Assembly: GCF_009914755.1 (NCBI RefSeq)
Contig: NC_060935.1
From: the human T2T-CHM13v2.0 reference genome, Homo sapiens
DNA length: 64,000 nucleotides
Reading direction: 5' to 3' (one strand)
The notes under the pieces are model-generated. The model was not told the DNA's origin. It made no database searches and worked only from the letters and a program-made list of their open reading frames with translations. The first letter of the stretch is position 1. Every line of letters begins with the position of its first letter. Below, in pieces: positions 39,027 to 57,405 of this stretch. The translations under genes and the position numbers were made by a program.

Positions 39027-39972
39027 ATGGGCCAAAAGAATCTAACAGTGCTTACTGAATTCATTCTGATGGAAATCACAAGGCGGCTTGAGCTGCAGCT
39101 CTCCCTTTTTTGGGTCTTCCTCATCATCTGCACATTCACAGTGGTGAGCAAAGAGTGCATAATCATTTTGAACAATGTGGACTTGGGTCTACACAACATT
39201 TGTGTATTTTTTAAATCAGGTACCTGAATTTTATTAATCTTGGTAATTCTATGGTCATTTATCCCAAGATACTGGTAAACTTTGTTGTGGCTCAAAATGC
39301 CATTCCCTGTTATGCATGTACCATGCAGATGGCTTTCTTCATTATGTTCATTATCTGTGAACTTTTCGTCTCATCAGCCATGGCCTATGACCACTATGTG
39401 GACATCCATAGCCTTCTGCCATAAAATGTTATGTCTCAGGAACTTTGTCATGTGCTGGTGGTATTCCATACCTTTATAGTACCTTTCAAGCTCTGATGGT
39501 CACTATAAAGATTTTTATATTGGCCTTCTATGGCTCCAATGTCATAAGTTATTTCTACTGTTAAGATGTTTCTTTGTTAGCCATGGTGGACTCAAATGCA
39601 TGAGGAATAGAAATGTTGATCACACTATTTTCAGTACTTAATTTGATATTCTTTCTTCTGGTAGTCCTAATGTCCTCCATGCTGATTCTATTAACTGTTT
39701 GTTGAATGCATTCTGCAGAGAGCAGTAAAAAACTTTCTTCACGTATGTTTCTTGTCTGATAGTGGTGGTTGTGTTCTGTGGGTTTCTATACTTTATGTAC
39801 TTGCAGCTCAAATTCAGTTCCTTTTTTTTTGATAATAATAAAATGACCTCCATGTTTTCCTCTTTAGTGATTACCATGCTTTACCATTTGGTCTGTAGTG
39901 TAAAGAACAAAGGGAGTAAAAAAAATGCCTTCTATAGTTTTTTTATGAAGCAGTGAAAACTTTGTAATTTAA
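39027..39972 (+). pseudogene. OR8K2P: Olfactory receptor pseudogene, OR8K subfamily
   Basis: MGQKNLTVLTEFILM start, gccatggcctatgaccactatgtg (MAYDHYV), VVVVFCGFLYFMYLQLK and VITMLYHLV. Many stops and frameshifts. Symbol inferred from position. Confidence 0.85.
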
Positions 39973-40462
39973 TGGTCAATATGGAATATTGTTCTAGGAA
40001 GCTATGATAGAGGCAAATGTCACTAATGAATATTTCTAGTACATATAAATACATTATTTTGGGCTCCACAGCAAAAACTGGGTATAACACACACAAATAG
40101 GTTTTTCCTTTTCTTTAGGCAAACCAATCTTCAAGTTTTATATCTCAATTAAATGTGAAGTTCTTATCAACGTCTCTTGCTTCTGATTCAATGTTTTCTT
40201 TAGTTATTGTATAGAAGCTCATATTCCTTGCCATATAAACACTTATTAAACTCTACATCAATAAAATATGTGTTCATTTCTTTAATTTTTTTTAGAAAAG
40301 GTATCTTCTCAATATTATTTTCAAAAACTAAAGCAACAATTTAAATTATGAGAATAATCTGCAGGAAGCATATATTTGGGTGATTTTTATTAAATTAATT
40401 CTGGCAATTTCTGCCTCTTAAATGGATAATGTAATTCATTTACACTTAAAGTAACTACAGAT

Positions 40463-46999
<6,537 letters not shown>

Positions 47000-47249
47000 A
47001 AAGTAATTACAGATGTTGGAAGACATACTTTCTACTTATTGCCATTTTTTTCTTAGATGTAATATTTTTGTTATTATTTTTCATCCTTTCCTCCATTTCA
47101 AGTTCTCTTTGAGTTTGTGTTTGAACTCTAAATTATGCATGGCTATATCAAATGTCCATAAGGCTTTTCAAAGAATGACCTAAGAATTTTAAGCTGAACA
47201 ATTCATAGGTATCACACTGAGAAGGAAGACATTCTAGTTACAAAAAAGC

Positions 47250-48160
47250 TGGAACGTATCATCCTTGATCAACAACTGGGCACCCACTAGAGATTTCAGA
47301 GGCAAATGTTACTCCAAATGCTTCTGAGGGCTTGAAAACAAGTGTCAAATACTGCTGACGAATCTTTGTTTAAAACATTTAATATTCTTTCAAAAAACAA
47401 TGTAAAAATATACAGCACTGATTAACACAAAATTCACAATATTCAGCATCCAATCACAAATACTAGGCATTTGAGAAAGCAGGAATATGTGGCCCTATCT
47501 TGGAGATAATTCAAGTAGATATTGAAAAGGTATAATGATAGAATTAGCAAGCAAGGGCTTTAAGACAACTGTTATAAATATGTTTAGTAAACTAAATGAT
47601 TTAACAAAAACATTAACATAGTGAGAAAAAAATGAAGATTTATGAAACAACAGATATGGGGCTTCTAGACATAAATATACAGTATTGGATATAAAAAATA
47701 TATATTGAGTGAGAACAATGGCAGATTATGAACTGAACAAAAGATGACTTAAACAGTCAACAATGAAGACTACTGAAAATAAAGCCAGAGTAAAAATATA
47801 CTGAACGAAAACCATGAAAATAGTCTTAGTGATTTGTAGAACAATAACAAGTTATTTAAGTCATGTTTAATTTTAAGTCTAAGTGTAAAGAAGAGATTAT
47901 ATAGTGCAGAAAATACACAGTAAAAAATATTGGCCAGAATTTTCTTCTAAATGTATTTTAAAAAAACCAAAATCCTAGACATACAAAAAGCTAAAATAAT
48001 TCCAAGTAGGGTAAATTGAAAGGAAATTATGCTAAAATGCATTATAGTCAAATTTCTGAAAACCAATAACAAAGAAAAATTCTTAAAAACAGCCAGAGAT
48101 AAATGATACATCATAAACAAATGAAGAAATTATTTGCCACTGATTTCTTGACATAAACAA
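47250..48160 (+). mobile_element. Ancient L1M 5'/ORF1 fragment
   Basis: A-rich, with cattatagtcaaatttctgaaaaccaataacaaagaaaaattcttaaaaacagccagaga. Confidence 0.6.
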
Positions 48161-48489
48161 TACAATTAATAAAATATTATCTTCTCTCAGCTTAATATAG
48201 TTTATAAGAAATTGTTTTATGTCAGTTTATAATCATATATTCAACAAAATATATGTGGTCAATGGATGTATTATCAAATATTATATAACTTTTTTCAAGA
48301 AAGTCATTATTTCACTTACTTGTGACTTGTTGGGGATTATATATGTAATATTTGCATGCAATGCTGAAAATGGCATTTGTGATTTCCAGTCTTTAGTGAT
48401 ATTGCATAATTTATTTTTTCAGTTAGACAAAGGCATAAGTATTTACGACTTTTTCTTAATGGAACATTCGGAGAATAATCAACAGATAT

Positions 48490-48660
48490 TCAAGGCACTT
48501 TCCCTCAGGTAATTACGTAGAATTTGTTTAACCTTGGGTCAGATTAACATTTCAACACAATGAGTCTCAAGGGAGGAGAAAAAATTTAAATCCATTCGGT
48601 AGCCACCTATGAGGCCTAAAGCAGTAGAAAGCAAAGCAAATTCTCCATTGAGGTAAGCGG
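48490..48660 (+). promoter_or_regulatory. Candidate OR8K1 promoter and 5' exon
   Basis: O/E-like TCCCTCAGGT (48501) next to TAATTA, O/E-like TCTCAAGGGA (48565), and donor GAG|GTAAGC near 48652. Motif-based inference only. Confidence 0.35.
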
Positions 48661-48974
48661 AAACATTGGTCTTAGAAAATTTCTAAGGGTACATCCTTAA
48701 AGCAGGTTGTCACCAAAAATCTGGAAGGGTCCCATTCTCTGCAAAACTGTTGCCTCCCTTGCAATATACTGTTCTGTCATCAATAGGACAGATGTGCAGA
48801 CAGACCTGTTATACAGTCTCCAATACTCGAGGCTGGTCATTATTTATGCCACCTTAGCTTTCAAATTACTTCATGCTTCAGTCATCTATTTTAACAAAGA
48901 TCTTTATCATTATTTACCTTGTGTCTTTCCTGTCTCATTCTCACTTCCTAACAATGAAGGGTATCCCTAATGGA

Positions 48975-49205
48975 GAAGTGGTGTGTTAGAGTGTTTATGA
49001 GAACATATTCTGAAGGCAGAATGGCTTTACTTGAATCCTTACACTACAACTTATAATGTGAAAGATCTTTGTTAAATTATCCAACTCTTTGTGCCTCAGT
49101 TTCTTTTTCTTTTAAATGGGGATGATATTACTGCCTACTTCCTAAAGTTATTGTGTAGATCATATGAGTTAATATGTGTAAAGCACTTGCAAAATTGCCT
49201 AGCAT
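48975..49205 (+). mobile_element. MIR SINE
   Basis: Core aactctttgtgcctcagtttct...taaatggggatgatatta...gtaaagcactt. Confidence 0.75.
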
Positions 49206-49958
49206 GCTATGGATTTGCTTAGGTTCTTGATATTCATTTGTGTTTCTCTATCCACTGAGCCCTTTTTTATGATTCTCTCTTAAATGTTCATGAATTGTAA
49301 GAACAGCCAGATTTTTTTTTTTCCTGCAGAAGGATGTATAATTGGGGGATTATACATCCCCCAATTGCTCACTAGAAGCAGCAATTCAATAGGCAAAAAG
49401 TTCAAATGCAGATTAAGATATTATTAACAAAATTCTCAAATTATGGCATAAAATTTTGTTTTTGGTAAACAAGTTGAATTTATAGACAGAAGTATTGACA
49501 TGTATATAATGATCAGAGATTTCCTACTGCCCTATTCATTACTCCATCTATAGTTTTGAAAATCTTGTCTTGCTTCTTTCAATGATCAGCAAAAATGTAA
49601 AGTTTAATGTATAGATGTTTGTTTTACAAATTACCTGAAAATTGTGGTAAGCAGAAACAAAAGTGGTAGCTATTTTTACATAATTAAAATGACTCTGGGT
49701 CCAAAAAGTAGGTCATAGTAGCTACATCAAAACAACAACTTCAAAATATCTTGCCCCTTTTAATTATACTTTACCACAGTTTTAATGAATGTGACTGTAG
49801 CTTTGTGTGGTTTTGACCTGATGGGAAGAGGAGACTCTATTTAGAATTTGAAATAAAGGAAATACCTCTATTGCTCATACATCAAATTGTTAATTTTCTT
49901 AGAAGATAATGTTTCAAATATAATAAATATTGATTTTCTAGTTTGCACAGTTACCAAG

Positions 49959-50918
49959 ACGAATCATGTGGTAAAACACAATCACACGGCAGTGACCAAG
50001 GTGACTGAATTTATTCTCATGGGGATTACAGACAACCCTGGGCTGCAGGCTCCACTGTTTGGACTCTTCCTCATCATATATCTGGTCACAGTGATAGGCA
50101 ATCTGGGCATGGTTATCTTGACCTACTTGGACTCCAAGCTACACACCCCCATGTACTTTTTCCTTAGACATTTGTCAATCACTGATCTTGGTTACTCCAC
50201 TGTCATTGCCCCGAAGATGTTAGTAAACTTCATAGTGCACAAAAACACAATTTCTTACAATTGGTATGCCACTCAGCTAGCATTCTTTGAGATTTTCATC
50301 ATCTCTGAGCTCTTTATTCTATCAGCAATGGCCTATGATCGCTACGTAGCCATCTGTAAACCTCTTCTGTACGTGATCATCATGGCAGAGAAAGTACTTT
50401 GGGTGCTGGTAATTGTTCCCTATCTCTATAGCACGTTTGTGTCACTATTTCTCACAATTAAGTTATTTAAACTGTCCTTCTGTGGCTCAAACATAATCAG
50501 CTATTTTTACTGTGACTGTATCCCTCTGATGTCCATACTCTGTTCTGACACAAATGAATTAGAATTAATAATTTTGATCTTCTCAGGCTGTAATTTGCTC
50601 TTCTCCCTCTCAATTGTTCTCATATCCTACATGTTTATTCTAGTGGCCATTCTCAGAATGAACTCAAGGAAAGGGAGGTACAAAGCCTTCTCCACCTGTA
50701 GCTCTCATCTGACAGTGGTGATCATGTTCTATGGGACATTGTTATTTATTTACTTGCAACCCAAGTCCAGTCATACTTTGGCTATTGATAAAATGGCCTC
50801 AGTGTTTTATACCCTGTTGATTCCTATGCTGAATCCGTTGATCTACAGCCTAAGGAACAAAGAAGTAAAAGATGCTCTAAAGAGAACTTTAACCAATCGA
50901 TTCAAAATTCCCATTTAA
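49959..50918 (+). CDS. OR8K1: Olfactory receptor 8K1 reading frame (319 codons); start position reads ACG, first in-frame ATG at 50019
   Basis: Uninterrupted frame (T)NHVVKHNHTAVTKVTEFILMG...LHTPMYFFL...[15 protein letters not shown]...KAFSTCSSH...[16 protein letters not shown]...RFKIPI-TAA. The ORF-track start at 49887 is a TTG upstream of likely splice acceptors. Confidence 0.88.
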   Translation, partial: TNHVVKHNHTAVTKVTEFILMGITDNPGLQAPLFGLFLIIYLVTVIGNLGMVILTYLDSKLHTPMYFFLRHLSITDLGYSTVIAPKMLVNFIVHKNTISYNWYATQLAFFEIFIISELFILSAMAYDRYVAICKPLLYVIIMAEKVLWVLVIVPYLYSTFVSLFLTIKLFKLSFCGSNIISYFYCDCIPLMSILCSDTNELELIILIFSGCNLLFSLSIVLISYMFILVAILRMNSRKGRYKAFSTCSSHLTVVIMFYGTLLFIYLQPKSSHTLAIDKMASVFYTLLIPMLNPLIYSLRNKEVKDALKRTLTNRFKIPI

Positions 50919-51384
50919 TATCTTAATACTCAGTTGCATAGTTGGGTACAATAATCTGTTTAGTACTCTGTCAAACCAATTATAACATAAAAAAAGTAGA
51001 AATACTCTATCTGCTTAGATTTTCCTCTTTTTCTGGACAAAACATGTCCTCTTAGAGCAACCTGTACTCTTTGCCACCTCAATGGAATAAATAAATACTA
51101 TATTCAGGTAATATATGTCCTAAGCAATTTTCGAAATCATACTGGAACCGCTACTATTTATAAATAAGGCAAATTATGTCAAACTTAGAGTTGCAGAGTT
51201 AAAATGAAAAGCTTATATAGTTCAAACAGAGTAAAAATAACCGGAAAATTAGTAATAGATATTTCCCAGCAGGCACTAGGTATTAAATGTAAATAAGATT
51301 GAACCATAGAGAACATGTAGGCTAGATAGGAAGCAAGAAAGTAAGTAAATATGTGATTATAACATAACATGAAAAGGCTGTTTA

Positions 51385-51633
<249 letters not shown>

Positions 51634-52380
51634 TTAAAGCTAAGAACACAATAAAGTATGCTATCTCAGAATGAGGTTTTTCAATCAGATGAAGTTAGTA
51701 TTGTATATCTTAGGGATAAAGTAGGTTTTTGATTAGGAATGATGAGAAAAATATTGGATTATTCTAGATCCTCCTTGACAGATTCTAGCACTATTGCAAA
51801 CACTGGTTTATGAGAACTTCCTGATAAGCTGATTTAGAATTGGCAACCTGAAGATAAATAAGTTATCTCGTCATCTACTGTAATGGTAGCAATATAGAAT
51901 TTTGAAAAATGTATGGAGATAATAACACAGATTAAAAAAACTTACACACTCGAGGGTTAGTTTCATCTTCATTCCTGTCTTCTTTGTCTCCTTCATGAGC
52001 CTGTCTACACAGTGGCATGGAATGTATTCTACCATAATGCTGCATCTACATTGTGTACTCTCACTCAGCAAATAAATTCCTTACATCTTGGTATTCTTCC
52101 ATTGTTTCGACGGGCCTCTATTTTTTTCGATTTTAAAAATATATACACTTTTCTAATTGTGTCTGTTCCAATTTAATCTAGTGTTCAAAGTAAAAATTGT
52201 GAGGAATTGAATCAGAAAATGAACCAAAGTGTCTTTATCCAGATCCATTTCTTTCATTTTTTCCTCTTCTTTCACTTATGATGTATTTTACTTCATCTAA
52301 ACATAAACTGAACATAATAACAGTAATACAAAATTGCATTACCCAATCATATCAAATTTGTTTACTTCTGATTTTGATAA

Positions 52381-52771
<391 letters not shown>

Positions 52772-53811
52772 TAACTCTTTGGTTTTGTATATTTTCCCTT
52801 CCCAAATTCTACAATTTCTATCCCTTTCTATAATCCACAACTAAAATTAAATAATATTAATAGCATTCTGTAATACCATCCACACAAGAAGGGCTTTTAA
52901 AAAATCATGCTATATTATGTTCCCTGCAATTTTTTTTTTACTTTAGAATTCATCAGCAGAATTTTTCTTGACCAATAAAAATTCTTTTTAAAAAATTTTT
53001 AATATCAGCATACAACTCTGGAAAATAGACAAATCACGTTGTACTTAGCCATTCCTTGATTGATGAACTTTGGTTGTTGACAGTTTAAGTTATTTAAACT
53101 GCCACCTAAAACATATGCTGTAATAAATATTTTATGATTATAAAATAAAGTACTGGTAATTTTTATTTCTCAAATAAATGTATATGGTTATTCCACATTC
53201 TAATAATGTGTTGTTGGGTAAATATTTTGCATACATAAATTATAATTTTAAAATATTTTAATGAGAATAAATGCCATGCAATGTTATTTTTTTCTAAGTG
53301 GTGTTTCCTCTTTTGTCCATTTTTTTAATGAAATACTAACATTTTAAGAATGAAGTACTAACATTTTTATGAATACTAACATTTACTAATATAATTGTGT
53401 GATTAAAAAATGCAGAATGACAATAATAGGTGTCTAAAATCAGCTATTTGATGTCATAGATAAAATATAGATGGTTTTCAAACATTACATTCTTTTCTAC
53501 AAAAAGTTTATAATATTCCAGACTTAGTTGGACACCGTTGTTTTCCCTAATAACCACAAAACACACATTCTGCTTACAATTATAATCATGAGTAGTTGAA
53601 AAATAATGCTGCCAACCTATATAAAATTCCTTTAGTATTTATACATTCTCAAACTTCTTCCCAGAGTTAAAACCTTGAGCTTTATTTGATTTATTATCAT
53701 TCCATGTCTAATTAATGACTTGGTACACCAAAAGCTTTTACCAAGGATATTTTAATATATCTGTACTTACTAATGTTTACATGACAAGAGTTGAAAGGTC
53801 CTAATGACTGG

Positions 53812-54208
53812 ATTGTATCTCAGGATACATACAATTATTATTTTTTTAATATATGTACACAGTTTTATATATAATGCAGCATCAAATATGGGGCATTTTC
53901 TCCTATTTTACACACTCAGATATGTTTAAAACACTTCTTAAGGCTACAAAACAGAACATAGAAAAACAAATAAGAATATCTTCAACACTTACAAAAAGTG
54001 ATATGATAAAGAATATAAAGTACTAGTTTTCTTTCAACACTTCAAACATACGTATATATACTTTTTTTACAAATAACATCACAAATGATCACATATTCAC
54101 ATGCTTTTAAATATTATTTATACTCAATTTGAGGCTATTATCATTTTTGATACATAAAATTTTTGTAGCTCTGAAACAATGCAAAATTTTTAATCCATTT
54201 CAGTAAGT
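53812..54208. repeat. Left arm of ~395-bp inverted repeat
   Basis: Reverse complement of 55406-55801, about 95% identical by manual alignment. Confidence 0.93.
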
Positions 54209-54319
54209 AAGTAATTTTAATAACTACCACCAAAGGTGACTGTTTTAAGAGTGGACAGGTGTAGACCTACCCTCATGGCATAAAAGTAAGGTTCCCCATA
54301 TCCGGCTTTAGATCTGCTT

Positions 54320-55230
54320 CTATATGACACAGAAAAAATTCAGGATAGCCAAAATAATCTTGAGAAACAACAAAGTTAGAGCACTCACAATAGCTACTCC
54401 ATGGCCTCCTATAAACCTCCAGTACTGGAGATAATGCAGCACTTTATAAACATAGATAAATAGATTCATGGTACAGAATAGAGCCCAAAACACATGTACA
54501 TATGGATGTTTGATTGATTATCTACGAAAAAGCCCACTTAATTTATATGGGACCTTAGACACATATAAATATCACCTACAAGGCTGTAACTAAAAGGCAA
54601 TCAAACAAAAATAGGATAAAATATATTTCATATAGTAAGTATTAATGGTCAATATGCACATGATAAAGAAGCCCAACATCCTCAGCTATCGAGGAAATGG
54701 AATTACAGTAACAATGGGATACTATTTTCCATTAACTAGTTTGAGTAAAATTTAAAATATTTCATTACCAAGGAGTGAGTGTCAACTTGATCAAGAGTAT
54801 TAGCTCCTGAAATTATCTTACTTGCTGATTACCATGTACAATGGTTCTTCACTTTGGAGAACAGTGTGGTGGTTTATAAATAAGGTTAAATGCATTACTA
54901 CCACATGTTTCCAGAGTTCACCTTCTGGATGTTTATCAAAGGGGAATGAAAACATGTCTAAAAAATGTGTACATTCGTGTTATTGATAGCTCTATTCAAA
55001 ATAGTATAAAATGGAAATATTTCAACTGTTTGTAAACAAAAATGTACATTGTGCTATATTCCTAAAATAGAATACTACTCAGCAATAAAACGGAATGAGC
55101 TATTGCTATATACAGGAGCACAGATGAATTTCAATAGCATTAACCAGACACAACCTACAATATTATTCCTTTAACATGAAGTTCTAGAACAGGTAAACTA
55201 ATATATGGTGATAAAAACCATAGCAATTTC
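54320..55230 (+). mobile_element. Ancient L1M 3' region (appears to resume near 55802)
   Basis: atagccaaaataatcttgagaaacaacaaagttagagcactcaca; aaaatagaatactactcagcaataaaa; ttctagaacaggtaaactaatatatggtgata. Confidence 0.7.
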
Positions 55231-55405
55231 GAGCATGTGAATTCCAATGAACTAAGGTTTTGCTACCAATGTCAGCCATTTACTCTCCCACTAATTGGGA
55301 TTACTTTTTAAAAGAGGTCTTTTGCCCTGACATACAAGCTTTAGAAAATCTTAGAAGAGGGGTGGTTGCATGTCTTAATGCTGGGAAGCAGCAACTTTGG
55401 GTGGA

Positions 55406-55801
55406 ACTTACTGAAATGGATTAAAAATTTTGCATTGTTTCAGAGCTACAAAAATTTTATGTATCAAAAATAATAATAGCCTCAAAATGAGTATAAATAA
55501 TATGTAAATCATGTGAATATGTGATCATTTGTGATGCTATTTGTAAAAAAATAGTATATATACATAGTTTGAAGTGTTGAAAGAAAACTAGTACTTTATA
55601 TTCTTTATCATATCACTTTTTGTAAGTGTTGAATGTATTCTTATTTGTTTTTCTATGTTCTGTTTTGTAGCCTTAAGAAGTGTTTTAAACATATCTGAGT
55701 GTGTAAAATAGGAGAAAATGCCCCATATTTGATGCTGCGTTGTATATAAAACTGTGTACATATATTAAAAAAATAATAACAATTGTATCCTGAGATATAA
55801 T
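55406..55801. repeat. Right arm of ~395-bp inverted repeat
   Basis: Reverse complement of 53812-54208. Confidence 0.93.
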
Positions 55802-55949
55802 ATGGAGGAATTTACTGCAAAGAGACATTGGGGAACATTTCGGGATTATTAAAATACATTATTTAAATGTCAACTCTATATAGTTGGCATTTTATTGTAT
55901 GTAAATTATTGAACTTTTAACATAAACCAATATAATATGGCCCTTTTAT

Positions 55950-56035
55950 TTATTTTTCTAAGTTTATTGAGTTATAATAGGCAAAACAAATTGTATATAT
56001 GTAAGGTGTACAACATGACAATTTTTTATTTTGTT

Positions 56036-56078
<43 letters not shown>

Positions 56079-56610
56079 TTGTAGACATGGGCGTCTTGCT
56101 ATGTTGACCAGGCTAGTCTTGAACTCCTGGGCTCAAGCCATCCTCCTGCCTCAGGCTCCCAAAGTGCTGAGATTACAGGCGTGAGCCACTGCACTTGGCA
56201 TCGTGATGTTTTCATAAACATATATATTATGAAATTATTACCAAGATGAAGCTAATTTACATATCTATTATCTCATGTAGTTAAGTTTTGTGTGTGTGGT
56301 AAGAACATTTAAGACCTACTGTGTCAGCAATTTTCAAGTACACAATACAGTCTTGTTAACTACAATCACCATGCTGGACATTAGATCTCCAGAACTTATT
56401 TATCCTCCATAATTTACATTTTACACTTAACTTACATAATTTACATTACACACTTACATTTAACATACTACATTACATAACTTACACTTTATACTCTTTG
56501 ATCAACATCTCCAAGTGGCTGCTACTCCTCATCCCCAGCAACCACTTCTACTGTCTGCTTCTATGAGTTTGATTGTTTTAGATTCCACATAAAAGTGTGA
56601 CCATAAAGTA
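55950..56610 (-). mobile_element. L1MA/MB-type 3' fragment with an inserted Alu monomer (about 56030-56200, (TTTA)n tail)
   Basis: tttattgagttataataggcaaaa...ttaactacaatcaccatgctggacattagatctccagaactt. The monomer ends gattacaggcgtgagccactgcac. Confidence 0.8.
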
Positions 56611-57010
56611 AAACATTACCCTTTTAATACTATCTTTAGTATTAAGCCTCTCAGAAGCTTTCCTCAAATTTCTATATAATTTACATAAATAAAATTTGTA
56701 AAGAATATATGATTATATACTAAACATATCCCAGAGTTTACTTAACAAATTTCTAAACTGTGTAGTTTTCAGTATTTTATCTCACTGAAAAAATAATCTT
56801 ATGAAGATTTTATTTATATATTTAAGTAACTCATATTACTTCTGTAGAACAGATTTCCAGAAGCGGGTTTTCCTCCCAATGAAGATTCCATCTTTTCAGC
56901 TGTTTTGGGCCTAACATAAGAGGTTTAGAATAATTATGTTCCTCTGTTCATGACAAATTTTCATTATTCAGCCAGCAAAACCTCTTTCTTATTCATGTTT
57001 TATTCTTTCT

Positions 57011-57405
57011 TGTTATGGACTGGATGGTCTATCTCAAAATTCATACGTTAAAGCCTTAATCACTAGTGCCTCAGAATGTGACTGTATTTGGACACAGAGC
57101 CTTTAAAAAGGCAATTAATTTAATTAGGGTCATTTAGCTGGGTCCTAATTCAATACAACTGGCATCCTGATAAGAAGAGAGATTAGGACAGAGAGAAGGA
57201 GATATACCAGGCACATAAACAGACTGAGGGACAACTATGTGAGGACACAGTGAAAAGGTGGCCCTCTGCAAGCCCAGGTGAGGGCCCCAGAAAAAACCAA
57301 ACCTGCTGAGACCTTGAGCTTGAACTTCTATCCTTCAGTACTGTGAGAAAACAAATTTCCACTGTTTAAGCCACTCAGTCTGTGGTATTTTGTTATGATA
57401 GTCTT
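57011..57405 (+). mobile_element. MLT1 (MaLR) LTR
   Basis: tgttatggact...cctcagaatgtgactgtatttgga...gtttaagccactcagtctgtggtattttgttat. Confidence 0.85.

Noticed and set aside
49887-49958. N-terminal extension giving a 343-aa OR8K1
   Set aside because: TTG start in AT-rich sequence upstream of acceptor-like sites; probably intronic.
53812-55801. DNA transposon with long terminal inverted repeats
   Set aside because: No transposase remnant or TSD. The spacer is L1 sequence that seems to continue outside the right arm.
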